Assembly: GCF_004010195.1 (NCBI RefSeq)
Contig: NC_057719.1
Span: 36,943,417 to 36,989,729, forward strand
DNA length: 46,313 nt
Direction of reading: 5' to 3'
Origin: Chiloscyllium plagiosum
Taxonomy: Eukaryota
Of the stretch, positions 24,604 to 38,360 are shown one piece after another; the first letter of the stretch is position 1; each line of letters begins with the position of its first letter. Position numbers and translations under genes: made by a program. Under the pieces are notes generated by a model, which saw only the letters and a program-made list of their open reading frames with translations, searched no databases and was not told the origin of the DNA.

Positions 24604-26818
24604 TTTATTTCAAAACAGAAAAGGAAAATCTAATTAATTGTTAATCTTTAAAATCCAGGCTCCAACGTATAAACTAGACATCAAACATGTTAATATGTGG
24701 GGAGTTCTCTGGCTGAATTGCCAGCTAATCATATTACAGCTCCCGGCATTTAATTTTTTTTTAAGTTTTGTGCGAGTTTCTTTACATGGTAAATTGCCCC
24801 AAACTATTGCCAAAAGCACAGTGGATAACTTCATCTTAGGGAGATGTGCAGCTCTCAATTACCACAGTGCACAGTGGAACTGAGCAGAGCAATGTTGTTC
24901 TGAAGATCAGGGCAGCTGCACTCTCACTCTCTCCCGTTCAGGTCCCAGTATTTACAAAATGGGATTAATCATCCTAAAAACATTTTTTCCCTCAGATGTT
25001 ATTCGACTAAATAAGTCATTGAGTTGTGTGCCATTGGATAGGGCATTGAATACCCTTTAATTTGCTGAATAAAAAAGACTAAAGCAGAACCAGAAATCTT
25101 TTTAAAACCTGGTCCAGAACTCCAGGATTTCAGCAAATCCAATTGAACACAATAATAAAGAAGGCTTTCATGAAATGGGTCTCCTATTTTTCATTTTATT
25201 TTCATTTCATCTTCATTTTCATTCTGCCTGTTCTCCATTTCATCATTGTTCTGGCTGGTTCAATTGCTCTTCGTCTCCTACCAGCTTTCTATTGGCTCCC
25301 GTGTTTCCCAGTTCACCAACCAACCCAGTACATTGCTGTCATTACTATGAGATTACAATAGCTACAGCTGCTCGTGCTGCTCTTTCTAAATCTTAACATA
25401 AGTCAAGAGACCATATCATAATAAACTAGCTTTCCATGCATTGTTGAATTTGAGAGACTACTAACAGGATCCACCACGACGTTATAGCTTGTTTTGAATG
25501 TTTAATTTATAATAGTGAGGGATTATTAAAACACAGTAATCTAGAAAAATGACATTAAACAGGTTCAATTATGAGCTGAAATGTGATTAATTTTAAAGAT
25601 GGCATTTTGGATTTCGAACATGTTTTGCAGATAAAACAAATTTGTTTGAAATCCAGTTGATCTTGATCTTGTATGAAATGCATTACAGTGTGCCACCTGG
25701 TGTGTACCTTTTAAAGTACAACTGAACCTTCCCACTTCAGTAACTTAATTTATCTTATTTGAAACAACATGGATGTCTATTTTATAAACTTTGGGTTTTA
25801 ACACAGAATCTTCCTATCCATATGAAGATGCTCTGCATTTGCTCAATGCTGACCCAGTCCCCTCTATAACATAATTGTTGGCAATCAATTCAAAGATATC
25901 CAATTAAATTCAGTACATGCATACATACACTGTTGCACTTAAATATTTTTTATGGCATAGGACCAAGTTGACAGCTAACTCTGCAGTAAAGGAGACATTT
26001 AACAGTTCTAGCTCCACTGAGGATTTGGTTAATCTAATTCTAGTGCTATAATAGTTTGTGAGATGCTATTTACCTGGAAATACTTCTGGGCATTCCGCAA
26101 TCAACGCGCCATCTCTATAGATCATGGTGATTGGTACATGGAACATTTCTACTAACTATAATTAATTTGAAATTCTGTATCACCTGCATTCTAACATGAA
26201 CATAAACAATTTTGCATTGATGTACCTTGTTTTAATAAGGTTTGAAAGATTTGTTGAGAAATCAGTTACCATTGTCATATCACAACTTTTACAAGTTTCT
26301 GCCTTTTCAATAATGCTACAAGGATCTCGTTGTTGGCAACAATTTTCAAAACAGAGTCAAAAATACTGTGGTAACATCTTAAGATAGAAATAACAACTTA
26401 TTTGTCTACTAAAAGCAAAATGTGTTTTGTGTTTGTGTCTGTACTGAAGCTCTTCTCTAAAAACATAATCTAGAAATAATGTAAACCTTTAAATAAACTA
26501 ATAAAAAATTACAAAGGCTAACATAAAACAGATGTGCAATTTTTTTTGAAAAACCTAGAAAATAAGATCCACAAGTATTAAAATTATTGAAAGTTTTTTG
26601 TTGTTTTGGATAATTATTAAGACTTTTCATGTGAAGCAGATCCAAGGCAGTAAGCAGCAGAGCATATTGAGTCCACTAATCAATGAAGGGTTTAAAAGCG
26701 ACCGTGACATTCAGTGCATAGCTTCTCTCCGAGTCATCTTCCACACAATACTCCACACAGCTGTCTCATCTTCCCCAATTCCTTTCAGAACTTCCCACGT
26801 TTCAGAGTGCAAAATTCA
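24604..26818 (-). other. EVL: Probable EVL 3' UTR (candidate signals ATTAAA ~26231-26236 and AATAAA 24604-24609)
   Basis: AT-rich stretch following the stop codon with no transposon I recognise. The true end cannot be determined from sequence. Confidence 0.45.
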
Positions 26819-26856
26819 TTACGTTGTACTGATTCTGCTCAATTCTTCTCTAATGG
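26819..26856 (-). CDS. EVL: EVL last coding exon (end of EVH2 tetramerisation coil)
   Basis: cattgtattttag|CC ATT AGA GAA GAA TTG AGC AGA ATC AGT ACA ACG TAA = (A)IREELSRISTT*; human AIRQELSGISTT*. Confidence 0.95.
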
Positions 26857-27232
26857 CTAAAATACAATGAGAGGTGATGTCAGTAGGAATAGGAATCTAA
26901 CATTTTACTATTCAAATATTATAGACAATGAATTAATAGCTGGAATTAATATTCAGTATAGTTTAGCAGCTGAATGGTTACAGAGAAGCACCCATACATT
27001 CTGTAGGAAATCTATTCCACAAGACCAAGGCTGAATTTTGAGAAAAGTTAAAAGAAAGTTTACAGGGCAAACTACAAAAATCTAAACATAGTTAAGATCC
27101 CTGTCATTTGAATTAACCAAAATAAATACTGTAAAAGCAAATTTGGTTCAATTCTCCGCTGTTCCACTGAGCGGCAGTGGTGACCTACCAGAGTTCGGTT
27201 TTTATAAAACTATGGAGCTGGCAATTTAGTTA

Positions 27233-27441
27233 CAGGAGGTCCCTGATTTCTGAACACCTGACGTACAAATGCTCGTACTGATGAACGCGATCCCATACAG
27301 GCAACTTAAAACACTCGACATATGAACATTTCCTTATGAACAGCTGTTTTCCGTTGTCCTGCATTGAGTTCCCTCCTGGGGACAAATCGACTTGTGAACG
27401 GCCTCCAGAACAGAAATCGTTCGCAATCCGGAGACTGCCCA
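27233..27441. mobile_element. Tigger/Tc1-mariner-type MITE
   Basis: Degenerate TIRs caggaggtccctgatttctgaac / gttcgcaatccggagactgccca, flanked by TA (27231-27232, 27442-27443). Confidence 0.6.
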
Positions 27442-27717
27442 TACTAAGATATAGTTACAGTGCAAAGTTTTCATTTAAACTATGTATTTTAGATCCCTAT
27501 TGAGGAACAGCCAATCATTTAATATCCAGTAATAGAATTTTAGATAAATTTTATAAATGATGGCAATTTAGATTAAGTTAAATCGAGTTTGGAGAGCTAA
27601 CTAATTACAAGGGACCATCAAAACATCTTAAAGAAATAGAGCACATTGGAGAATCCAGTCCCTCAAACATGTTGGTATTTCACTGTTTATCACAGTCAGC
27701 AAGAAAATAGTGCCTAC

Positions 27718-27775
27718 CATCAATAATTTCTTCCTTCACCTTGTGCAGCTCCTTGACGACTTCCTCCAGTATTTC
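27718..27775 (-). CDS. EVL: EVL penultimate coding exon
   Basis: aacag|EILEEVVKELHKVKEEIID+G|gtaggc; 58 nt, phase 0 to 1; near-identical to human EVL. Confidence 0.96.
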
Positions 27776-27953
27776 CTGTTGAGTTTAAATTATAAAAAAA
27801 TGCAAGCTGGTTTGTACAAGGTCTGGAAGGGTAACTCTGTACATTTTAACTGAGCAGTTCAAAGTAAGATTTGTTATTACTTTGAAGATTAAAAATGCAA
27901 ACTACTTTATGGGAAACATTTAATATTTGATAGCCTCTCCAGTTCAGACATAC

Positions 27954-28023
27954 CGACTTCAATCGATCAAAATCTAAGGCATCTGTGACCACGTCATTAC
28001 TGGTGCCGCTTCCCGGCTTCAGC
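27954..28023 (-). CDS. EVL: EVL coding exon
   Basis: ccctatag|(R)LKPGSGTSNDVVTDALDFDRLKS|gtatgt; 70 nt, phase 2 to 0; human RMKPAGSVNDMALDAFDLDRMKQ. Confidence 0.93.
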
Positions 28024-29669
28024 CTATAGGGCAGGGAATAAAAAAAATAAATTAAGCTTGGGTTCTAGTAATAGTCACATCTGAAGTACTGACAGTCTAT
28101 GCAGCAGCAATAGGCATCAGATTAGCATTCTTAAAAGGAAGGCAAGACAAGGCAGTTTTATTATCTAGTTCTTCTTGAAACTAATATTTACATTTCACTG
28201 GCCTGATGTCCTGTGGCATTGTGTACATTGTAGACTAATCTGGGACTGCAGGGGTCCTCTTTACAGACAATCTTTCCATGTGTCCTGTAAAAAGAGTGAC
28301 TGGAAATCTGTTTCCCCAATGCCACCCAACTTTAAAAGCCAGAAATATAAATGCTATAATTTAATGCTCCATCTGTTCCACGTGTACATTTTGGTTTGAA
28401 AACGTTTCCCATCAGCAAAGGGGAGTTATAGAAATAGGGCAAGAAGGCTCTAAGGAGAAAAAATATCTGAAAATGGTAAATGTATCAAAGATGTTGAAAG
28501 TATTTTGTATCAGCACAACACTGTTATTTGTTTGAATCCCACAATTAGTCCTGGCGATATTTTTACTTAAAGTAGGCACTAGCTTCCTGACTGCAGTCAG
28601 ATAATTGCCATTCTGTTCATTTAGTATCCTGGGTTTCAGAGTACTCAATAATTGATAGATCATATTTCCATTTTAAATTCTCATGGTCATGGTTATAGTG
28701 AAATCTGTCTATGTGCACTTGACATACTATAATAATGTTCTGAAGGAGCAATAGTGGTGGGAAGGAGGCCACAATTACATTGTCACAAGTTTACCATTGG
28801 CAGTTTCCATCATAGATTTGGAAGTGAAATTGATTTCAGAAATATGAAATTAAAAATCAGAATGTTGCAGTTTATCATAGGTACTGAATTATGTCAAGGC
28901 AGCCCAATCCAGTTAATTCCACCATCTAACTTGGATTACAATTACTCTTCTTCCATCTGTAATGCCATGGGCAATCAATGAGTATAAGATTATATGAGGA
29001 GTTTTGCTGTACATTGGATTACATCTGAAAACAGCCCTTCTCACTTTAAACAATTAAATTGTTAAACTTGCTCCTAATTCAATCAGTTTGGAAGCACTAG
29101 GAAGCAGTGTGGCTCAACTCTTCTTGCAATATTATCTATTTGTGGATAAATGCCTCACTGCTGCTTGGTAACTTCCCAGGTGAGTGATTTAAATTGGAAT
29201 TGTGTTTCTGGTAATAAGAAAGGCTATCCTCTTAGTGGCAAATATTACTGGGTCATTTCAGCATCGACAATGTGCAACAAACTAAACATAATGGCGTTTA
29301 GTTCTGCTGGTCACAGTGACAGCAAATAATGCACAGCTTCACATTGCCACGTTGTATAGCAGATGTACATTACTGACAAGAAAGTTAAACAATCTTTAGT
29401 AGGAGCATCATAAAAGGTGGAATGGAAAGCTCAAAAATAACTGGGGAAGCTAATTAATTCATAACAAAGGAGATATTTCTGTTGTACAGATATACTGATG
29501 CTTTTGGAAATTAATCAAATACTATTTGGAACTAGGGTCTTAGAGAAGTGATGACAGGGATAACTTGGGTCCTAAAGCTCCTCAGAAGTGTTAAAAGTTC
29601 AGGAAAAATCAATTGGACAATGATAGCGAAACATCTGGAGTTATTGCTTAACATGCTGATCAATGAGAT

Positions 29670-30028
29670 CTTAGAATCATAGAATTTTTACAGTGCAGTA
29701 AGAAGCCATTCAGCCCAATAAGTCTGCACTGGCCCTCTGAAGAGCATCCCACTTAGACGCACCCTATCCCTGTAACCTTGCATTTACCACCTAATCCACC
29801 TAGGCTGCACACCGCTGGACACTTTGGAGAAAGTAGCATGGCCAATCCACCCACGCTGCTCATCTTTTGACTATGGAAGGAACCAGAGCATCCACCGGAA
29901 ACTCTCACAGAAACAGGGACAACACATAAATTCCACGCAGACAGTTGCCTGAGGCTGGAATTGAACCAGTCGCTGGCTATGTGAGGCAGCAGTGCTAATC
30001 ATTTAGCTACCGTGCCATCCATAAAAAA
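29670..30028 (-). mobile_element. HE1-type SINE (old)
   Basis: Homologous to the other HE1 copies (gcatggccaatccacc...tgaggcagcagtgctaa...ccgtgcc). Confidence 0.8.
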
Positions 30029-30583
30029 AACTTCTGATTGCCAAACTTATTCAAAGGAAATGGAATTGTTTTATTGTGATGCAGATGTTTAATTGTTGCA
30101 CAGATTCTTTTGAACGTGCAATTGTGTAGCCTCCATTTGGAACCGGACAGGTGAAATATGAACTAGCAAAATTCAAAAGATTTGTTCACTATCTGATCAC
30201 ATCACTATAGATAAGCTGAATAGAGATTGAGAGACCAAGAGGGGTCCTACAGCTGCACATGTGCTCCTGCTATTTTCAATGGGACCTGGTATTTTAAATG
30301 CATATTAATTATTTAAGTTTGTAAACTTTTAAGCTAAACTTCAATACTGAACAGGTTTCTCAATCTATATGACCAGGTCATAACCTTCAGGTTGGACACA
30401 CACATGAAATAGCACATTGACGAACATTGCGTTGTCATGGAAGAACAAGGTGAAGCAAGCTGTTTAACAATGCAGTAGGTGCCAGTTTATAGTTCTGGAT
30501 ATCCAGTCTGCAGTTGACAAGGAGATGCGCATCCACGAATGGATAAGCTAAAAAGGATTAAAAACTGTTTCTTTCATTTGTAC

Positions 30584-30649
30584 CTAGAAGATGAAAGATG
30601 AGACTGCACAACATTCTTAGCTTCAGGACTCTTCGTCATAAATGCATTT
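30584..30649 (-). CDS. EVL: EVL-I-type alternative exon (symmetric phase 2, 66 nt)
   Basis: gttttag|(R)NAFMTKSPEAKNVVQSHLSSS(R)|gtacaa; KSPEAK matches mammalian [21 protein letters not shown]. Confidence 0.9.
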
Positions 30650-31454
30650 CTAAAACAATAGAATGGAATTAGAAAAAATGAATTCAATATTCTTCAAAAG
30701 TTAAAATGCAAAAAAAATTATGTTCTTGAATTTAAAACACCTTTGTGTACAAATGAACTTCAAGGTAAGTGACCAAAAGAAGCAAAATATGAAGTCACTA
30801 CCTGATGGCATGCCTTAGCTTTTCAGGCAATGTGGGCACCCTAATTGCTCAATCACTGAAATTCATCAGTACAGGAAATCACTCCAGTTAGCACAAACAC
30901 ATCAATTGTATTGCTGAAATATTAAGGCCAGAAAAAAACAGAAACAACACCTTAAAATATTTTGTTGTAACTAATAAGTAAAAATATAATAAAGTTTTGT
31001 CAGTACTCACTGTAAATTGGCTTTGGTAAAATTTGAATGCTCAAAATATTTGTTAATGCTCAAAATATTTGTTAACCCTTTCACAAGTACAAACCTTCAG
31101 TGGCTTGTTAACTTAATTGCAAGTTTAATCCATAAGTATTTATCTTACTAAATCCTCAGCTGCATTGCTTTGTTGTAATATGCTTCTAATAGCAGGACAT
31201 TTATTGTTAGTATGACACTGAATACTTGTCGATAAACCCACACCTTTGTGCATATTCCACTGTAAACTATCCAATAGAGTAATTATATTTATGAATCCCC
31301 TCAGTTTACAGGAAGATATCACTTGTTGTACAGTTGGAATCAAACAAACAAACATTTATATTTGCTGCAACAGTCTGCTCGTACTCAACATGACTCGATT
31401 ATTAGTTGAGGATGTACAAGTAAGGATAGCTATTATGTCTTCCTAAAAGCCAGC

Positions 31455-34250
31455 TCATCTTTTTTCTGCATTCATGGGAGGCGAGAATCATTGACTTGGT
31501 CAGTATTGATTGCACATTCTCAAATATCCAGGCAAAGGTGGTGGCGAACAGCCTTCTTGAACCACCACAATCCATGTAGTGTACATACACCCACAGCATT
31601 AACAAGCAGGATGTTGATTAAGCCGGATGCTTTCTCCTGACTGGTGTCAAAGTTCTTGAGTGTTGTTGGAGTTGCATTCATTCAGGCAAGTAGGCCGTTT
31701 TACATCAGACTCTTCACATGTACCTTGTATATGGTGCAGAAGTCAGGATGTAAGTTACTCACTACCGAATTCCTAGCCTCTGACCTGCTCTTGGAGTTAC
31801 AGTATTTATGTGATTGGTTCATCTTAGCTTCTGATCAATGGTAACCACCCCCCACCACCCCCCTCCCCAATGCCTTATGTTTATAGTGGTGGATTCAGTG
31901 GTCGTAATGGCCAATGGTTAGATTGTCTCTTGTTGGAGATGGTCATTGCTTGGGATTTGTGTAGTGTGAATGTTACTTGCCACTTATCAGCCCAAATCTG
32001 GATTTAGTCCATTTCTTGTTGTACATGGGCACAGACTGCTTCAGTATCTGTGGAGTCACAAATAGTGCTGAACATTGTGCAATCATTGGTGACCATCTCC
32101 ACTTCTGACCTTACAGAGGAAGGAAGGTTATCGAAGAAGCTGCTGAAAATGATTGAGTCTTGGACACTACCCTTGGATAATCTTTAGAAGATTGAGGGGA
32201 GATCTAATAGAAATTTACATGATAATTCATAGCTTAGAATGGGTGGATGCTGAGAAATTGTTTCCGTCAGGTGGGGAGACTAGGACCCGTGGGCATAGTC
32301 TTTGAATTAGAACGGGTCAATTTAGAACAGAATGAGGAGACATTTCTATAGCCAGAGAGTGGTGGGCCTGTGGAATTCATTGCCACGAAACACAGTGGAG
32401 ACCAGGACATTAAATGTCTTCAAGGCAGAGATTGATAAATTCTTAATCTCGCAAGGAATTAAGGGCTACGGGAGAGTGCGGGTAAGTGGCATTGAAATGC
32501 CCATCAGCCATGATTAAATGGCGGAGTGGACTCGATGGGCCAAATGGGCTTACCTCCACTCCTATTTCTTATGGTCTTACCCTGAGGAACTCCTGTAGTG
32601 ATGTCCTGAAGCTGAGATGACTGACCTCCAATAACTGCAACAATCTTCCTTTGTGCCAGCCGAACAGTGGAAAGATTGTCCCCCTTTCCTTCTGAGTCCT
32701 GTTTTGTTCAGGCTCCTGGTTGCTACTTCTGGTCAAATGTTGCCTTTGTATCAAATGCAGTCACTCTTGATAACCTTTCTCAGTTCCTATATTTGGACCA
32801 AAGCTGTAATGAGATCAGGAGCTGAGTAGCCATTGTAGAACCCAAACTGAGCATTACTCAACAGGTTATTGGTAAGCAAGTACTGCTTGATAGCATAATT
32901 AACAACCCTCTTCATCACCTTGCTTGATGATTAAAAGTAGGCAGATGGAGTGGTAATTGACTGGGTTGGATTTGTCTTGCTTCTTGTGCATTAGACATGT
33001 TTGGGCAATTTTCCACATTGCTGGGTAGATGCCAGTGTTGTAGCTGTGCTTAAACAGGTTGGCTCGAAGTGCAGCTAGGTCTGGAGCAGAAATCTGAAGT
33101 ACTATTCCGGGAATGTTGTCAGTGCCCAGCACCTGATGTCACATGGAGTGAACTGAATTGGTTTAAGGCTGGCATCCATGTTGGACAGGACCTCTGAAGA
33201 AAGTTGAGATGAATCACCCACTTGGCACTTTTGGCTAAAGATTGTTGCAAATACTTCAGCCTTGTCCTTTGCACTGATGTGTTGGACTGCTTCATCATTG
33301 AAGATGGTTTATTTGTGGAGACTCCTTCTCCTGTAATTAGGTTAATTATCTCCCATCATTTATGACTGGATGTGGCAGAGCTTAGGTCTGATCAGTTTGT
33401 TGTGGAATTGCTCAGCTCTGTCTCATTTTGATTATGCTGTTTGGCACACATAATCCTGTATTGTACCTTCTCCAGAACAACATCTCATTTTTATGTATGC
33501 TTGGTGCTGTTCCTGGAATGCCCTCTTGCACTCTCCATTGAACCAGGTAGAACCTCTAGCTTGATGGTAATGGTAATGTGGGGGTTATACTCAGTCATGA
33601 GATTATGGATTGTGTTTGAATACAGCTCTGCTGATGCTGATTGCCACAGTGCCTCAGGGATACCTAGTCTTGAGTCGCTGCATCCAAAAAAATCTATCCC
33701 ATTTTCGACATAGTAATAGTGCCACACAACACAACAGAAGGAACCCTCAATGTGAAAGTGGGACTTCACCTCCAGAAGGACTGTGCAATGGTCACTCTCA
33801 CAAATACTGTTACAGACAGGCAGGCAAATTGGTGAGGAAGACATCAAGTAAATTATTCCCTCTTGTTGGTTTCCTCACCACAAGCTGCAGACCCAGTCAA
33901 GCAGCTATGTCCTTTCAGAATTAACCATTTCAATCAGTGGTGCTATTATCAAGTCACTCCTGGTGATGAATGTTGAGAGGTGCTGAGGGGAGGCAGTAGG
34001 TGATAATCAGTAGGATATTTCCTTTGTCCATATTTGATATGATGCCATAAGACTTCACAGGGTCTGGAGTCTATGTTGAAGATTCCCCGGGCAATTTCTT
34101 TCTGACTGTATATCACTGCACTGCCACCCCTGGTGGAGGAATGATGATGATGATGGTGATTGGGACATTGTCTTTCTGGTATAAGAATGACAACATCAAG
34201 GATGACTTGAATAGTCTGTGAGACAGTTCTTCCATATTTTGCATAAGGCT
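31455..34250 (-). mobile_element. L2/CR1-group LINE, ~2.4 kb decayed (endonuclease end to 3' tail), with nested CR1
   Basis: GTDNIPGIVLQISAPDLAALRANLFKHSYNTGIYPAMWKIAQTCLMHKKQDKSNPVNYHSICLL, and SDHCTVL. Tail at the 31455 end. Confidence 0.85.
32180..32577 (+). mobile_element. CR1 3' fragment nested in the LINE above
   Basis: MRRHFYSQRVVGLWNSLPRNTVETRTLNVFKAEIDKFL. Short direct repeat taccct at both sides. Confidence 0.88.
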
Positions 34251-35654
34251 TCAAAGAGAAATCAACACTTCTGTAGATTTGGAGTTAAAATTGGCCAGAC
34301 CAGGGGAGGTTTGCAGATTTTCTAGAATTTTCTTTGCTACAATTGACACTGGTTTTGCAGTCATCATTAGACTAGCGTTTGATTCCAGATTTATTAATTG
34401 AATTTGAACCCATATTCCTAGAGCATTAGCCTGGGTCTTTTATTACTAGTCCAATAACAATATCATTACACCAATGCTCACACCAGTCACCCTCCTGTCC
34501 AATTAAATGTCCCCCTTCTCCAAAAATGATACTGGAGAGGGTAGTATATTTTGCTTCGAGCTAATGTGCGAGATCCCTTTCAATTTCCAGAAAGGCAATT
34601 GATCTATTAACTTGGTCCATTTCTCTACACACAGATGCTGTTTGACCTGCTAAGTAATTCCAGCACTTCTTGAATTTATTACATTGATGCATGGATCTGA
34701 CACATTAAAGTAAGATTAACATTAATGTGGGGTACAGTTACCTCAGTTGCCTAAATGGCTAGCATGTGGTTCAGATTAACACCAATAGTGTGGGTTCAAT
34801 TTCCATTTCAACTGAAGTAGGCTTGGGACCTGTCTCCTCTCCCTACCCCTGAGGGTGGAAGGCATTGCTCAGTACACAGCATGGCATTAAAACCAAAAAT
34901 ACACTCTAGCTACGACGTCACCACACAGGCACTAACTGCAGACCCCACTTTGTCTGTGGCTCACCTGTAAATGATGCAACACTGTTGCCTCTGGTGACTC
35001 TCAGGTCCACTTATACAGTTAGCAATACAGTAGACTCCAAATATAAAACATAGATTAAAAAAAACTCTGAAAAAGCAAACTTGACACTGAAGTCTGACAA
35101 GATGCTTTATCATTCAGTGTCATCCTCAAACCTTCTGCAGATGTTAGAGAATATCTAGCAGTCAAAAAAAGAATTGGGAATAGCTGAGATAGACTCCACA
35201 CTATCCAGAACCCCAGGCTTCAAGAAGCAGTTCCAAAATATAAAGAAGACATGAGACATAAGAATAGTTACCAGTGACCATCCAGTTGTTGATGAGTTAA
35301 CTGATGGTGCAGAAAGTGGAACAACAGCAATTGTTCTATTTTAATGGAAAGTATTTCTTGCTCTTAATTGTAAGTGATAACATTCAGAACTCTCCTCAAA
35401 TGTGGTTTTACACATTATGGTGAAGGATACCAACGATGACAAAAGAGAATGAATATGAATGTTTTACACAATACTGTATTATCAGGCATTTGCAGGAAAG
35501 ATGCACAGATAGTGTACAGACAGTTCCTGATGTGCAATATCACAATTATATCCAATGAGCTGAACCCCAAAACCACAGAAAATGTACAGAAATAAGATCA
35601 ATCATGAATGCTGTTACCTTTGGCATGATGCTTGTTTGAAACACTTAATAAGTA

Positions 35655-36080
35655 AAGAAGAATGTGTGTTTATACATCACCTTTCATGATGTTAGGATGT
35701 CTCATAGTGTTTTACAATCAATTAAGCACTGTTGAAGTATAATCATCGTACGTTGTGGGGAAACACAGTCATCAAATTTCACACAGCAAAATGCTAGAAA
35801 AATTAATTTTGTAATAACTAGATAATCATTTCTCGTGACATTGGTTGAAAGATAAATACTGGCCATGACATAAGGAGAGCCATTCTACTGATCTTTAACT
35901 AGCGAGATGGTAATTATAATGTTCAACTGAGAGGGCAGATGCATCATGTTAAAGGCAGCATAGCCCATGGTGCAGTGCTACATTGAAGTGTCAATCTAGA
36001 TTATCTGCTGAAGCCTCGGCAGTGGGACTGGAACCTCAAACTTCTGACTCGGGGTGAGTGCTAGCCAAGACTGACACTAA
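35655..36080 (-). mobile_element. Deu-domain SINE (SacSINE1-like), decayed
   Basis: Reverse tail (tttatacatcacctttcatgat...), core, and tRNA head (gtgggactggaacc...cttctgactc). Confidence 0.6.
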
Positions 36081-36569
36081 GTCTAATTACTAGGATCACT
36101 AAGCTGACCTCATTCTCAAATGTCAGATTGTGAGCACTTAACACACCCACTTAAAACTACAAAGCAGATCTACAATGCCAGACATGAGTGAACCTCATGT
36201 ATCAATCCATGGGTCAGCTGTAAAACAGAATTTAATCTGCATTATTTTTAGCCCACCCAAGCTCAGGGGGGAATACTATTTCACATCAGTATGCTGTCCG
36301 CCTTTATATTCTGGAAGGTCAAAGGGCAATGTTTTTACCCACTGTGTCAACACATCCCAAAATAACTTGTGAGTGAATTCAGACAGCTTGCCAGGTGCAA
36401 TTAACATAATTTCATAAATGTTAGGTAGTCCCTTCTGGATATTTTTCCAAAAAACTGACACACAGACTATAGCTTGGTTGTCACCATTTAGCAAAATCTG
36501 ATAAATAAGCATTTTATTAAAAACCTGCTTTCAAAGTGTCAAATTTATATTCATCCTTTAACTGCTCAC

Positions 36570-36630
36570 CTTGAGAGAGTTCCTGTCTTTTCGGTGGAGT
36601 TGGCCCTTTCCCATGGCTTTTTACCAGTAT
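36570..36630 (-). CDS. EVL: EVL coding exon
   Basis: ctcaacag|(D)TGKKPWERANSTEKTGTLS(R)|gtgagc; 61 nt, phase 1 to 2; human [23 protein letters not shown]. Confidence 0.93.
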
Positions 36631-37699
36631 CTGTTGAGAAATATTTAACAACATAAATTCCTTATTTCAAGAATGTTAATTTGTTGTAAATTTCTCAATA
36701 AAAAGACAAATTACTGGACATTTGTGTATTTTGCTGGAAGGGACTGGACCTGACATTATGCAGAACTGCTACACCAAATGTTCTTTGTTTGTGTTAGGGA
36801 GCTGCTTTCCTGCTGATAATTTCCAATACTGCCAGATTTGTACCATTTGGTAACAGTAGGACAGCTGCCTTTCAGGCTACTGTGCACATAAGTGCTGATC
36901 TAGCTCAAGTGTGGAATTGGTATTGTGGCAGATACAAAAGAAATGATCTCGACCGGAAAACAATCTACTAGAGCTCCAATTTCAGTTTCATATACAGGGT
37001 ATACCCAGAACTTTTACTGAGTCAATCAGTGTTCAACCCTATTTATGGAGAACTGTCCCATTGTATTCATGGAATTGTGACCCCAAACCTGGCTTCAGTC
37101 TAAAAGAAATGTGGACATGTGAACAAGACTTTTACAATCCTCTGTACAAATGTGTCAAGCTGCACTTTTTGTTAGGTATAATTTTAACATCTATTTCTTT
37201 GTACCTTTAATATTATTTCAGTATCAAGTAACAAACATTCACCACTTAAAAGTACATTATAGCTTTGAGCAATTGCATCCACATCCCATGAAAGAATAAA
37301 AAAAAGGGCATCACAGTTAACCCAATTTGGTCTTAAGCATACCCAACCGTATGCTTATTTTAGCAATGATCACTGGACAATGATCAGGAGTGGAAAATTC
37401 CAGTGATTTATTATCTGCTCTAATGCAGGGAAACTGAAGTGATATAGCACCATTCTAATTGTTGCCATTGTTGAGATGGGCTTATTCAGCGCAGGTGAGA
37501 ATCAAATTGAACGTTTTGCTACAATCAACCATTGCATTTAGTCATTGGCCACTACAGGTACTTTCTTTCTTTATTAAACAACTCCTGAAACTTGCCTTTA
37601 CGACAGATGTTACTAGATTATGATTAAGATCATGTCATGGATTGTACGATTTCGAGAGCCCACAATAACACCAAAGTACAAATAATTCCACAAGAAAGT

Positions 37700-38360
37700 G
37701 GAGTTGTAGGTAGATGGGGACAGTGAAGGAGGCATCTGGTATGCTTGCCTTTATTGGTTAGTGCACTGAGTACAGGAGTTGGGAGATCTTGTTGTGGCTG
37801 TACAGAACACTGGTTAGGCCACTTTTGGAATATTGTGTGCAATTCTGTCTCCATGCTATTAGAAAGAATGTTGGGAAACTTGAAAGAGTTCAAAAAAGAT
37901 TTACAAGGATGTGCCAGAGTTTGAGGGTTTTTGCTATAGGAAGAGGCTAAATAGGCTGGGGTTGTTTTCCCTGGACCTTTGTGGCTGAGGGATGACGTTA
38001 TACAGGTTTATAAAACCATGAGGGGCATGGATAGAGTGAGTAGACAAGGTCTTTTCCCCAGGGTGGGAGAGTCCAAAACTAGAGGGCATAGTTTCAAGGT
38101 GAGAGGGGAAAGATTTAAAGGGACCTGAGGGGCAACTTTTTCATGCAGAGGGTTGTGCATGTATGGAATGAGATGCCAGAGGAAGTGGTGGAGGCTGGTA
38201 CAATTTCAACATTTAAAAGGCATCTGGATGGGTTTATGAATAGGAAAGGGTTAGAGGGGTATGAGCCAAATGCTGGCAAATAGGACTAGATTTATTTAGG
38301 ATATCTGGTCAGCATGGACAGGTTGGACTGAAGGGTCTGATTCCATGCTGTACATTTCTG
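37700..38360 (+). mobile_element. CR1 (HER1-like) 3' fragment
   Basis: LYRTLVRPLLEYCVQF...KLERVQKRFTRM..., with tail ccatgctgtacatttct. Confidence 0.9.

Noticed and set aside
34730..34870. tRNA-like sequence with a B box (gggttcaatttcc)
   Set aside because: No cloverleaf; most likely a decayed SINE head rather than a tRNA gene.
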